Notes under the pieces: model-generated
Seen by the model: the letters and a program-made list of their open reading frames with translations, nothing else
Told to the model about the DNA's origin: nothing
Database searches by the model: none
Translations under genes and position numbers: made by a program
Shown here: piece by piece, positions 51,401 to 64,000 of the stretch
How positions within the stretch are numbered: the first letter of the stretch is position 1
How the letters are laid out: the number at the start of each line of letters is the position of its first letter
From: Bilabrum cf. latius
Lineage: Eukaryota
Length of the DNA: 64,000 nt
Direction of reading: 5' to 3'
Assembly (NCBI GenBank): GCA_965178125.1
Contig: OZ237753.1
Span: 62,001 to 126,000 of the forward strand

Positions 51401-54400
51401 CCCGTGATCGACTCGATCGAGCGCTTCAACGGGGCTGGGCTGTTCCCTGCCACGGTGAGTGGCGAGCCGATCTCGGTGGACCCCATGCCCGCCATGCCTC
51501 AGGACCGGCAGCTGAGCCCCGAGGGCGGAGACTACGTGGAGCTCGTGGGCCGCAACTTCGGGCCGTCGGGAGACAATCAGCTGCTGCAGGAGGTGCGCTT
51601 CGGCAACGGGGCCCACCAGTACGTGCTGCCTGAGTCCGAGTACCGCATCATGACGGACCACCAGAGGATCAGGGTACGGGTGCCCCCAGGTGTGGGTGCC
51701 AATATGCGGTTCGTGGTAGTTGTGGCCGACCAAGAGTCGCCCGAGTCCCAGTCCACCGTGTCGTATGCCGCGCCCGAAGTCATGTCAATCTCACCTGCCT
51801 TCGGGCACGCGCAGCAGGACGAAGAGAGCCCCCAGATGGTCAAGGTGACAGGCAGGCACTTCGGATTCGCGGACAGCCGATCCACGCTGACCGTCAACTT
51901 TGGCCACGCTGCAGACGGCACAATGACTGCAGGTATTGCAACCACGGAGCCCATGTCTGGCACTGCTCGCTTCGAGCCCGCGGCTGGCAATGCCACGTAC
52001 CCAGCCGGATACGACCGGGACGCTGTGCAGACGGTCAAGTTCGCGCTGCCCTCTGGAGTGGGCAAGGACAGGGCGGTGGTGCTGGTCAACTCACCCGCGG
52101 GCTTCCCCCAGCTTGCACTTCGCAGCGCCGTGGACATGTAGGCCTACACGACCATGGTGACCGAGGGACCCATCAATGCGTCCGTGGTGGTGACCGACCC
52201 CAAGGTGTTCACCTACCAGAACCCCTCGATCGACTTCCTCTCGCTGGATCCCATCGGTACCACGGGCCCGTACGCCAACCAGCGGGCCAACTTGTTCCCC
52301 GGACAGGAGGGCATCAAGCTGCTGCGCGTGTACGGCCGCAACTTTGGTGCCTCGGCGCAGGAGCTCAACGACCAGGTGGAGCGCAAGGTGCTCATCGCGC
52401 CCTCGGACGACCCGGCGGACTTCTCGGCAGATACGGGCCGCGTGCAGGTAGTGGACTGGACCGACACCGTGATTGAGGTCATGACCGATGTGGACTCCGG
52501 GTTCGCGAAGGTTCACCTGGGTTCCTTCTCATACGACGGTGCCATGGAGAAGAGCCAGACGTCTCCTGCCGCCCAGTACTACGACGTGTCCCCCCAGGTG
52601 GCAGGTCTGCAGGGAGCCGACGCCTTCAACACGGCGGGAGGGGAGATCCTCGAGCTCAAGGTGGCCCGCATCGGGCAGGCACAGAGCATCCAGGTGGACG
52701 TGGGCGGACAGCCGTGCCCGCTGGTGCTACCATCCGACCCGTCGCAGACTGTGTCCGATACCGACTTCCCCACTGTGATCCTACAGGCCCAGGTGGATGC
52801 CAATCCGAGCTACAACTCGCTCATTGACGCGGACAATGGAGGCATGCAGTGGGACATCGCCTGCGTGATGCCGGCTGGACCCCGCGGCGAGTTCGTGAAC
52901 GACGGCTCGCAGGTGCCGGTGGTGGTGCAGCGCTTCTCGGCCGGCAGCGATGGCATCGTGTCTGGTCCGCAGTATATCTCGTACGCGCCCCCGTCCATCA
53001 CAGAGGTACAGGTCTGGCACGATACGTCGGCCAACCCATCAGGACAGCCCGACGAGGTCTTCACTCCAGCGGACGGCGTGGTATACACGCCTACTCGAGG
53101 GGCCATCATGCGCATTGTGGGTGAGAACTTCGGACTGTGCCCCCAGGTGCGCCTCGGCTTCGGCAACATGTTCGAGATGGGCGAGCAGTACCAGGATGAG
53201 ACATCTGCTTGCAGGCACACGACCCAGGACCCGGCCCGCCGCAGCCGCTCGCACACCATGCTGGAGCTGCGTGTGCCCCAGGGCGAGGGCGATGGCGCGG
53301 ACCCAGCCCTGGGAGGCATGCCGTTTGCCTTCCGCGTGACGGTGGGCGGGCAGGACTCGCAGCCCATGGTGCACTCCCACACGCCCCCCGCCATTCAGAG
53401 CGTGACCCTCAACGGACTGCCCAGGGGGCCTACCCGCGGCGGTGTACGCGTGCTAGTGCGCGGCACCAACTTCGGCGAGCCCAGTCCGCTGCAGGTGGAC
53501 ACTGGAGTGGTGGCTCAGCTGGCCGTGCACATCGGCCGCGACAGCTCTCTCTCCCAGGAACGAGCCGCCGAGCAGGAGATCACCGACACGAGCGCGCCCG
53601 GCATGCTCAACTGCTCCGACCCCGTGCGCATCCCCGCGCCCGCCAACCGCCCCGCCTACGACGAGATGGAGTGCACTCTGGCTGAGGGCACCGGTGCTCG
53701 TCTGGATGCAGTGGTCAGCGTGGCAGGCGTGCGGTCGGAGCCGCTGCAGGACGCCTTCGCGTACATGAAGCCCTCCATCTCCGGCGCCACTGTGTACGCC
53801 GCCACTGCCAGCCAGGAGGTGGTGCAGGCCGAGGACGGCACCACGCAGGTGACGGTGCGCCGCGGACCTGCGGCGGGCTTCTACGAGGTCGAGCTGGATG
53901 GCGAGAACTTTGGAGCCAGAGATAACGACACCTCCTGCGCCTTTGTGGCATGGCCCAACAGGGACGCAGAGGAGAGCGCGGCGCCGCTGGGGACTCGCCT
54001 GCGGAACCTGGTGTGCGACCACTCGGAGACTGTGTACGGCGAGGGCGAAGTGTGGCACGGGCACGTGCTGAGCTGGACACACGACAGGGTGCGGCTGTTG
54101 ATGCCTCCGGGCGTGGGCATGCGCGACATCACCCTGCGTGTGCGCGGACAGCAGCCCGAGGGCGCCATGCAAGGGCCCAAGCTCAGGGGCATGCAGGCCG
54201 GCATCGAGGGTGTGGCGTTCCAGTACAACGACCCGGAGATCGACTCGATCGAGGCGCTACCCAACAGCGTGTTTGACATCCCCACGGCGGGAGGGGCGCA
54301 GCTCGTGCTCAAGGGCAGGAACTTCGGCCGCGGGCCCATCACCAACCCCAACGTGCTGCAGTCAGCGGCACAGACCTTCGTGGCGGGAAGCGTGCCACTG

Positions 54401-57400
54401 CCCCTGCATACCCCCGAGGGCGACGGCGAGCTGGACATGGGCACCAGCAGCCTGCCGCAGGGCGTGCTGCCCACGGCCGGCATGGCGGTGCAGTTCTACC
54501 GTGCCTGCCTCTCCGTGGCGCGAGGCCTGGATGGCACCTCCCAGCTGGGCCCCGACTCGGCCGTGGCGCAGTCGGAGCTGACCGTGACGGGCGCCGAGGG
54601 CTGCGAGTCTAGGAGTCTGTGGAGCCCGGGCCAGCCCACCATCGTGCGGCACCAGGATGACGAGATCGTGTTCGTGACCCCCGAGGGCCTGGGTACCAAC
54701 CGGGATGTGTTTGTGTCTTACTTCGAGCAGAGCCCGTCTGCTCGCGTGACTGACGGAGACGTGCTAGAGATCCGTAGCAACGTGCTGCTGGTCAACTACT
54801 CGAGGCCATTCATCACGTCCGTGACTCCGCAGACCGTGGAGGTGCGCGAGCTGGAGGGCAGGCACCCCATCACCATCAAGGGCAGGAACTTCGGACCCAC
54901 GGGATCCACCGAGGGCTGGAGCGAGGCAGAGCGCCTGTCTCGCATCCACATCGGAGCAAGGGAGTGCTTCATGCCGGGCGCTCTGCCCGAGGGAGCCCAG
55001 CGCTCCGTGGCCGAGGTGCTGGACGAGTTCACCGGGGACACTACCCAGCGGGCCGTGTTGGAGTGCCACCTGGACGCAGACACAGTGGGGCCCAAGAACA
55101 TCACCGTGCAGGTGGCTGGCCAGCGCCGCTTCGCAGACATCACCAGGCCGCCGCTGGTGCAGGTGGTATGTGACCGGGACTACTTTGGTCTGGAGGGCGA
55201 GATGTGCCTGCCCTGCCCCGAGGGAGGCGTGTGCGACGGCTACGACCAGTTCAACAACACGCACACCATGCCGAGGCCTTTGGAGAACTTCTACAATCTC
55301 AACTCGTCCGACTCCGCCAACTTCAACATGCTGCAGGTCTGCCCGCCGGGCCGGCAGGTGGTGGCGCCCAGGCACCCGCTGGACGAGGACGAGCCCGCGA
55401 TCCACGAGGGCGGGCCCAGGGACGTCTGTATCGTGGCGTGCGAGCCGCAGTGGGCGTGCGTGGGCGACAACTTCTGCGCCCGAGGGTATGCCTCCAAGGC
55501 GCCCATGTACAGGTGCGCCAGCTGCGACACGGGCTTCTACAGGCGCGCGGGCGAGTGCGTCAAGTGCCCCGACAATCCGTGGATCCTCATCGTGGCGTTT
55601 GTGCTGATGGCCATGACGGCCGGATGCGTGGGCCTGTGGCTGAACCGCAGCAAGATCAACATTGCGCTGATCGCCATTGGTGTGGACTACTTCCAGGTGC
55701 TGGCCATCTTCGCCAACGCCCGCGTGAGCTGGCCCCCCATGCTCAAGGACCTGTTCCACATCCTATCCGCCTTCAACTTGAACCTCGAGATCACGGCGCC
55801 CGAGTGCACTGTGCCCGAGCTGGCCTTCCAGACCAAGTGGTATTTCATCGTGCTGCTACCTCTGGCCGTCATCGCCATGGGCATGGTGGCCTTCGCGGCC
55901 TTCTGGCTGTACGCGCTCTTCACCAACATGCAGAAGGACCCCAAGGGGCAGCGGTACGCTCCTCTGGTGGCTGGCCTGATCGTGCTGCTGTACTTCCTGT
56001 ACCTGCACGAGACCAAGACCATCCTGGACGTGTTCAACTGCGTGCCCACCACACCGCCAGACGGACAGAAGTACCTGCAGGCCGTGTTCGAGCCTTGCGG
56101 ACAGAAGGGCGGCGTGCAGCTGCAGCTCATGCCCTTCGCCGTGATCGCGCTGATCGTGTACACGTTCGGCTTCCCCGCGTGGGTTGCCTTTATGCTAGTG
56201 GTCAACAAGGAAACCATCATGCTGGACCAGCTCAGGAGGGCCCAGGGACACGGATACACGTTCGTGTCATCCGATCCCGAGGCCATCAAGCAGGCCGCAG
56301 CATTCCGTGTCAAGTTCCAGCGTCTGTACTACTACTTCAAGCCCGAGTACTACTGGTGGGTCATGACCATCATCGCGCGCAAGGCTCTCATCGCCTTCTG
56401 CTCGCTCATGTTCAACACCAACGCGTCCTTCCAGATGGCCGCCACGCTGCTGGTCATCTTCCTGTGCTATACGCTGCAGGTCAAGTACAACCCGTACATG
56501 CCCCCAGCCGAGTATCAGGACACGCTCATCGACTGGGCCGGCAAGTCCGTGGACGAGGGTCTCCGCAAGGCCCAGGCGGACCGCAGCTCCTCGGATGCCA
56601 TCGACAAGGCCGCTGCGCAGAACTCGGCCAACCGCCGCGATGAGCTGCTGGACACCACCGGCATGGCCAGCACCGGGTCCATGGCGCGCGCCCAATAGAA
56701 CGGGTGCGCGGGCTGCCTGCAGTCCACGGGCTCTGCCGCCTTCATCATGTGCGCTCGATCCCCTGAGCTGTACTACTCGCTGTGGGACACGATCCGCACG
56801 CAGGACAAGAGGCAGGACAAGGCCAACCAGAGGTCCCAGAACAGCCTCAGCAGCACGCGCATCAACGCAGCCGCCGTGGATCCCAAGGACGTGATGGGCG
56901 TGATGGGCAGCAACGTGATGAACTGGAACACCGTGGAGACGGTGCTGCTGTTCTGCGCCATCCTCGTGACGCTGGGCGGCATCATGCTCGAGTCGGGCCG
57001 CTTCGACCAGGAGGGCTACCAGGACCAGCGGGACGCCATCACCATCATCCTCATGCTCATCATCATGTCATCCATCACGTACTACTTCACGGTCTTCGGG
57101 CTGGAGCTGTACATGCTGGTGACGGCCAAGGACCGCGCCCGTCGGCTGCAGCAGGCCAGCATCAAGAAGGTCAAGGAGGGCAAGGCCGCCCGCAAGATCG
57201 ACGTGGACATGTCCAACGCCGAGTACAGCGCCAACCCGCTCATGGACGTCAGCAAGGCCGGCAAGGACAGCGGCGCGGACGGCGACTCTGCTCTCCTGCA
57301 GAACATGCGCGGCATGATGGAGCTGGAGAGCCTGGACCGGCACTCGTGGGTGCGCCTCAGGGGCCAGTTCAAGGAGTTCGTGCTGTCGTACGAGGAGATG

Positions 57401-58040
57401 TCCAAGGAGTACGGCAGGCTGACCAAGGAGAGCATGCGGGCGGCAGCCAGCGGCGTGTCTCCTCTCGTGGGCGCCTCGTCCCCGCGTGTAGGGTCTGCTG
57501 GGTCCCCTCAGCTAGGCGGGTCAAGTTCGATGGGCATGAACCCCATGAGCCTGGGCATGGCTCGTGGGGGCAAGAAGAAGGAGTTCGGAAGGGCCGCAGC
57601 GTCGAGCCGCTCCCTGGGGCGGCGCAACAGCGGCCGCAACCCCCTCCTGAGGAAGGGGTCCATGAGCAAGGCGGGATCGGCTGCATCGATCGGAGTGGAG
57701 GAGAGCCAGTGAGAGAGTGAATCGTATCGAGGTGAGTCGTAACGACTCTTCAGCTGGCAGACAGAGTTGTGGAGTGCAGCGCGCAACGAGAGCGGCGCTT
57801 CAGCGAATGTTCGCAAGGCCGCGGTGGAATACCACGTGTCACCATGCCTAAGTAATAGTGCAGCCACCGTCATACAAGGGCGAAAGCCAAGTACGGTTGC
57901 TGCACGGCATGCGTGTGCACGCGGTTCTATCCGTGGCATGCGACGCGAAGCGCCGCCTCCACCCCGTCTTCACTCACAAGGACCATTATCTTGCGCCTTT
58001 ATGTTTGCCATTTTATACTTGTTTATGCATGCGATGCCAT
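45461..58040 (+). repeat. Segmental duplication, copy 2
   Basis: Direct repeat of 18872-31290. Confidence 0.95.
45742..57712 (+). CDS. Giant cadherin/IPT/9-TM surface protein, copy 2; exons 45742-46177, 46325-46744, 46835-46905, 47168-57712
   Basis: Same exon structure and domains as copy 1; 10 in-frame TAG; TGA stop; intron 3 is 162 bp longer. Confidence 0.9.
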
Positions 58041-58422
58041 CACACCCACCCGCTACCACAGCATCTAGTCTGGCTTAGCACATGCCCGCGGTCATGGGGC
58101 ACAAAAAATACACAACACGTCGTAGCTGCAGTTTTGGATAGGAGCTGTATGTGGAACAGTGCCCCTACTGCGGCGGACTGGGTGGCAGATAACGCACAGC
58201 TGCCTGTGGGGGCACATTATAACCTTATGTAACCCTACTGGCACATCATGGCTTGCACTGGTGGCAGCATCGACAGCTGGGGCCGCTGCGATTGACCTGG
58301 CAATTATATCGCTGAAATTCATGAGGCGCCGAAACACGAGACTGCTAGCGTGGTTGACAAGAAGTTGGAGCTGCCGCTTCATCAGTTCTGCGTACCTGTC
58401 CACAGGCGCTCAGTCCCTTGCG

Positions 58423-59697
58423 TCACCTGAACCTCACGCTACATACAGGCACCGTGCACTCAATGCTGCCGGTGTCGTACAAATACGACGGGCATCCACT
58501 CGCTGATGGTGCTCCACAATCCCCTAAAGCCAAAGCTACAGGGTTGGCATCACCATTTGGTCTCCCCTCAGAAGTCAGCAAGTACCTCGGAGCGTCAAGT
58601 GCCCCGGTGCTGCACGCACCAGCTCCACCTGCTCCCGATCCCGCGAGGCCGCTGCCACTGGCAAGCACGCCGTGAGCGACCGACGGGGCTGGTGCTTCCC
58701 CCATGAAGTGCAGAGGGGCCTCCCTCCTGCTCCTCCTCTCCCTGTCGAGCACCTCCTCGGTCAGCCCAACCTCGAGCAAGGAGGGGCGGTCTAGCTCAAA
58801 CCAACGGCAGCCGGCGGCCCGCTGTGCGCTCGACGACGAGGAGCCAGGCACTGAGGTACCATCGCTCTCTTTCCGTTCCATCACGATCACGGCGCAGTTC
58901 TTCGGGTTTGTCGTCATCTCGAACAACTCCTTGCTCCAGTGGAACCAGCGCATGAGGATGACGCGGAGGGTGAGGCCGTGTGTGACGATGACCACGCTAC
59001 TGTTTTCGATGTCCACTCCCGTGTTTTGCTGGCACGATGAATCAGTCTGCTGCTGTTCGCTGGAGCTCCACGCCCCGGTCCCACGGCCAATCTGCGGGCC
59101 GCTGTCGAAGACCCGAAACAGCGTGTCGAAGAAGCTGGAGATCCTGTCGTGGCAGTCTGCTGCAGACTCACCCTCTGCAGGCCTGTAGAAAAACTTTCCA
59201 ACGTCTCGCCATCCTTGCCAAATTGCCTCCTGCATCTCCCGCGTTTGCAAGTTGCCGAATTCTTGCTCGCGAAGGCGAGGGTCCTCCCTGACCTTGACAA
59301 CCTGAGACCGTGGCACCCTTGAAAGGACCCCCCGAAGAGTCTGCCTGGTTCTTGCGAATGGAGAGGCAAATACAATCAACGGACTTTCGCCAACTATTGA
59401 ACGAAGCTTATCGCCAGCTGCTACAGCTTGCTAGTACCCAGTATTCGTGAGCTGGAGGTCAGAATTTGGAGTGCTGAAGTACCTGGATTTGTCAATATTT
59501 CCAATGCTTTCTCCATGTCTTATCAAAACTATCCGTCTTGGAAGTCTTCTGCGCAATGGCCCATCATGTTCGGCTGAATTTGGCTAGGACTTCCGAGGGG
59601 CCCTCAGCACCACCAAGGTTGCGGAAGCAATACCAACCGCGATGCCCACGCCAAGCCCTATAGCTATATCTACTAGTCTGCGAGACAAATTTTCCAT
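58423..59697 (-). CDS. Histidine phosphatase (phosphoglycerate mutase family) with N-terminal TM (424 aa)
   Basis: IVLIRHGESIGN, LTNTGY[TAG]QA, SPFARTRQT, LREQEFG, GES and IVTHG. The catalytic RHG lies upstream of TAG 59433, so it joins the rest only by readthrough; second TAG at 59586; TGA stop. Confidence 0.92.
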
Positions 59698-59846
59698 GAT
59701 ACGGCCTGTTGCGGCTAATATGAGCAACTTGTTGCGTGTATGCAAAACCATCCGGAGCAAATTTTGCAGTAGCGAGCTAAATCATCGAAAAACAGTGTTA
59801 TACCTTGGGGGCTAGCTCACTCGATCAGGAACTTATCTGTGACCAA

Positions 59847-62800
59847 ATGTCATCTGATGACTCACCTATCTCGTTTATTCGTCAGGTAGGGGGAAGGCCT
59901 CCAGAAGAGGCTTTGGCGGGCCTGGATCAAGTTGCCACGGATCTGATCGATCTGGTGCAGCATGCGCCAGATTTTTGCAGATACTTGCTTCCAACGCTAA
60001 AAAGATTTTCAATAGAGTAGTGAGATCACGTATCTGTTGCAGGATATCCTACATCTGGTATCCTTTCCGCATGCCACCCAAGTTGCACGAGGTATTTCGA
60101 AAGTACATTTTGCTGCGCTATACTTGCCATTGACCGGACAGATTGGCGTGGCATGTCTAAATTATATTGTTTAAACACCACTGAGCGACTGCTTTGCCGT
60201 GCGTGTTACGTGAACGCCCCCGAGCATGGGCGACAAGAATTTGTGCATGAGGACGCGTCCCGGTCGCGACCGAACCCTGATCGGGAGCTGGCTGGCTAGT
60301 GGATGCACCCTGCGGCGCATTCTTTACTAATGTGATGTATGTTAATTGGCAGTTCTCGCGCTAGTATTGCTGCCTGTCTGCAAATGTTTGAAATCAAAGA
60401 TATCGAATCCTGCCGGCAGCGGCAGCTAGGATCGGAGATATCAACCATGCCTGGAGCCCAGCCAGGTCAACCGAGTTGTCGCCAACTATCTTCATAATTG
60501 AATTGCAGCGTGTGGTTATCTGCTTAGATCCGCTGGGGCGTGCTCACGCACACTTCTGGCTTTACATAATTTGTCAGGGCATCCCGAAAAGCTTATGCTT
60601 TGTTCTTACACGCATCGCTTCCCTCTCGCAGCCCATCCCCTGCCGTAAGGGAACTAGCCAGCGAGATCGTGTAGGCCTGCGCTGCTGCTTTGCAGCCCGG
60701 CACTGCAGCCGAGCTTGCAATGGACCCGTCGTCTGAAGAGAGCAAAGCAGCGGCGGCCGGCACCACCAGCGAGGTCGGCTCCGAGTCCGATTCGTCTCCA
60801 GGGAACAACGAAGGCGGCGCGAGGGGCGATAGCTCCGCGCTGCCCCCGCTCCACTGGCGACCTCCACGGACTCTCGCGGACGTCCTGCGACAGGGTGCAT
60901 TGCACGCTAGTGCATTTATGCCGTGCAGGAAGGAGGAGGTGGTCGCAAACACCGGCCCAGTGGCGCAGCTAGCGGCCATTGAGGCGGCGGTGGCCTGCCA
61001 CGGCGGGCGGCTGCCTAACCTGAGCGCGCTCACGGCATGCCACCCCACGTGCCTTGAGGCGTTCACGGCCACTCACTCGGCCTTGTTTGAGGGACCCGGG
61101 CCCCTGCCAAAGCCCTGGAGGTACTTCATCGCGGTCATGGCGGCTGCCAGGGGCCGCAGCACTGCACTGCTGGAGGAGTATGTCGCGATGTTCTCCGCCG
61201 CTGGGGGTGACCCCTCTTGGGTGAGGGGGGCCAGGGGGTTGCAGCGGCGGTGGGTCGCGACCGAGGGGATACCCCCCCGAGAACTTGGGGGCGAACCATG
61301 GGCAAACGTTCCTTCCAAGCTGCGGGCCTTGGGTCGCATCAACGCCATCCTGTGCCACAGGCCCTGGGAGCTCAAGGAGGAGCACATCGCGGAACTCACC
61401 ATGCGAAAAGGCGCCGCGCAACGAGCCGCAGACGCTGCTGCCGCAGCTTCGCAAAGTTCCCAGCACGGAGAAGCAAGCTGCCGCGGCGCCGGTGGCAGGG
61501 AACATGGCAGGGAACATGGCAGGGAACATTCGGGAGGCTCTGCCGGCTCTCACCTGTCTGGTGGATCGCTGACCGCGGCGGAGTACGGAGCAGGTGTGTC
61601 GGCCGCGGCGCCGCTGCAAGTTCCGCAAGGGGCGGTAGGGTCATTACCACACGGTAGCATGCACTTGGAATCGCTGAGCAAGGGCACAGCGGAAAAGGAA
61701 GCGGCGGGTGGCGCAGCATCTGACGGCTTGCTGTCTCCATCGCAGGCAGGTGTGTAGGAGGGCCCCTTCGCTGTGCCCGGCCTCTCGTTCCCCAGCGGAA
61801 GCGGTGCGGCCGGTGCTCCCCATGCCACTCCTGGCGGTTCTGCCGGTGGGTTGGACGGGCGCCGCGCATCCGGCGGAACCTCGAGTCTGGGAGGGCAGTC
61901 CCCACGGGAACGGAAGCAAGAGCTTTGGAACCTGAGCCAGCTAGTGCACGCGCTCGTCATACTGAGCCACGTGCACGCTTAGTGTTCCCTGGCTCTGGGC
62001 TGCGGCATGCTCCCCGAGCTGGATGCGGCGTTTGTGGTCACTCCGGACTGGCTCTTCGCTGGGATGGGGGACACGGAGGGAGCTGCCCTTGCTGCTGTGG
62101 GGGAGGCCAGGGGCCGGGACACTGCGGAAGCACCGGGCCTTGCTGCTGGAGGGGAGGGGCACGCCACGGCTGGCGTCACGGACCCGGGCCGCCGCGGAGA
62201 ATCGCAGGCCGGTGCGGACAGAGCGCGTACAGCGAGCCTAGGCTCTGCGTACAGCGGTGGCAGCATTGGGGGAACAGCGGGTGAACCGAGCCACCTGAGC
62301 ACGGATGGTGGCGAGTCAGCAGGTCCTGGTGCTGGTGCCATAGTGGGTACTCAACGGACAGATTTGTTCTCTGACCAGGAGCTGTGCGACCGCCTGCAGG
62401 TGATGAAGGGCAGCGACAGGCGGAGAGTGACCGGAGTGACCATTGGGAGGCGGGCTGCGGCGGAGGGCGGCAGGGGCAGGGGCAGGGGGGCGGGAGGGGG
62501 AGACTGCGATGCTGATGCAGGGTACGATGACGACGAAGAGGGGGAATAGGACGACGAGGACGGCAGGATAGCAGCCCGCGGAGGAGACAGCGACGCTGAG
62601 GAGGACGCGTTCAGCGAGTCGGGGCAGAGCGGGAGGGGTCGGGAGGGCAGCGGCAGTAGCGGCAGCGGGGGGGCGAAAGCGTCTTCTGCCGACGACTCCG
62701 CGGGTGATGGTCAGCTGGAGTTTGAAGCGGCCGGGCTGACTGTGCCCCTGCGGTTCCTGCGGGACACCGCGGGGCCAGGGAACAACAGGTGGGCTGCAGC

Positions 62801-63470
62801 GGGGGAGAGTGATGGTGCTGGTGGTCGGTCGGGTGTGTCCGGCGGCGGTGGTGCAGCGCACGATGGTGCGGGGGAGGCTCCTCCCGGCGCCGCGCCTTTG
62901 GTTGCGGGCGGTGGCGAGTCGCTAGAGGTGCAGGATGCGGTGTCGAGGCAGGCGGACGACGTGGCCGCGTTTGGGGGCCCGCTGGGCATCGAGTACGAGT
63001 ACACTGACTTTCAGTGCAAGGTGGGGATCCACAGGATGCACGAGTTCGGCTGGGACAAGGAGGGGTACGCTCTCGTGCAGAGGTTTCTGCCCGGGCTGGC
63101 CCCCGTGCTTGATTCCGAGTTCTCGTCGGTGTTCGCTCTGACCTACCGAACGTTCGGCGAGAAGGAGGGGGTCGACACGCAGCCGTTCCGGTCCGGGCTG
63201 TGGCACTACGTGATGCGCCTGTTCGGGGTTTGCAACGATGATTTCCCGTACGAGATGGTCAACAAGATCGTGCCTAGGGAGATCAAGGGGTTCGCCAAGA
63301 AGGTCAGCTGCATCCCTTGGCTGATTCGGGAGGCGGATTTCCGGGGCTTCAGCTAGAAGCTGACTTCGGCCGAGAGAATACACGTGATCATGCTGGCAGC
63401 GGAGGCCCGCAAGCTGGCGTCGACTCTGTCGGCGCTGCGTGCCGTGCACAGGCACTTCCGGTCTAGATGA
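59847..63470 (+). CDS. SESN: Sestrin (PA26 family) with long low-complexity inserts; probable exons 59847-60019 and 60632-63470
   Basis: HPTCLEAF...GPLPKPWRYFIAVMAAAR, PSKLRAL..INAILCHRPW, WNLSQLVHALVIL, LTYRTF, DDFPYEMVN, ERIHV...EARK...LRAV. TAG at 60672, 61755, 61980, 62547 and 63354; TGA stop. The first exon is inferred from a GTGAG/CGCAG pair that keeps frame. Confidence 0.88.
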
Positions 63471-64000
63471 AAGAAGACGAGAGCGCAGTGCAGTGCACTG
63501 GGGCGGCAACGACTGCCAGCCTGAGCGGCTCGGCTGATGGCTTTGGTTGTTTCGAGCTGAATAGTTTTGGTGCTTGAGCGCAGCAGGTCCATCATGTCAG
63601 AATGCGGGGTTGTTTACACGCGCAGATTTGATTCTGAGGGTACAGGTTTTCAGGTGCAAAGCCTGCAGCGGCCGCCGGACGGCAATACAGTGCAGTGCAT
63701 CTATAGGTGCATTGCACTAAAGAGAGACATGCCGACGTCCATGTGTGACCCAAATCAGCCGTACTGCCTTAGCATGGCGTCAAGCCACAACCTGTTGTCG
63801 CCAAGTGGCGATCAAAATGATACATGGGCATGTGCCCCAACTGCAGAGACGTACAGCGTGGGAAAGGACAAGGTGGAGCGGACAACTGTTGCAAATTTGC
63901 GACGTGGGGGAATGGCGTGAGCAATTACTCGGAAGAATTTCAACGAAAATGTGCTTAGTGTAGCGAGCTGTGATACTTCATGAACTGTGTTGATAAATTG

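Noticed and set aside
58092-58403. 103-aa minus-strand ORF between receptor copy 2 and the phosphatase
   Set aside because: No motif or clear codon bias; probably UTR or intergenic sequence.
11078-63470. TAG-interrupted genes as pseudogenes or sequencing errors
   Set aside because: The interruptions are exclusively TAG, there are no frameshifts in host genes, nine TAG sites are shared by both paralogues, and catalytic motifs are intact.
63567-63920. Possible gene start at the window end
   Set aside because: Short, with no recognisable domain; cannot be judged without downstream sequence.
1-64000. Pyrrolysine or programmed readthrough as the explanation for TAG
   Set aside because: The genes are eukaryotic and intron-containing, carry up to 12 TAG each in varied contexts, and TAG exchanges directly with CAG/CAA.

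Overview
This is GC-rich eukaryotic (protist) nuclear DNA with GT-AG spliceosomal introns. A nine-TM cadherin suggests a stramenopile, but that is inference. The main result is a non-standard genetic code. About 50 in-frame TAG codons interrupt otherwise intact genes, and the supplied ORF track breaks exactly at them. TAG swaps with CAG/CAA between two near-identical paralogues and occupies the conserved Gln of the ATM1 motif NGLLFQLS. None of the reconstructed genes contains an in-frame TAA or TGA, and all complete ones end in TGA or TAA. The best reading is UAG=Gln with UAA and UGA still stops. Read this way, the window holds a WW/FYVE-like protein, a methyltransferase-like protein, cytochrome c, two hypothetical proteins, a GT-A glycosyltransferase, ATM1, a GT11-like fucosyltransferase, a small membrane protein, tRNA-Arg(ACG), two copies of a ~3,820-aa cadherin/IPT/9-TM surface protein, a histidine phosphatase and a sestrin. 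The two giant-gene copies flank a ~14-kb cluster of mobile-element remains: a DIRS/Ngaro-type YR retrotransposon nested in a foldback element, two TIR-bounded decayed elements, an RLE non-LTR fragment, a ~700-bp (GGAA)n tract and a hAT remnant. All translations and alignments were done by eye; no database searches were run.
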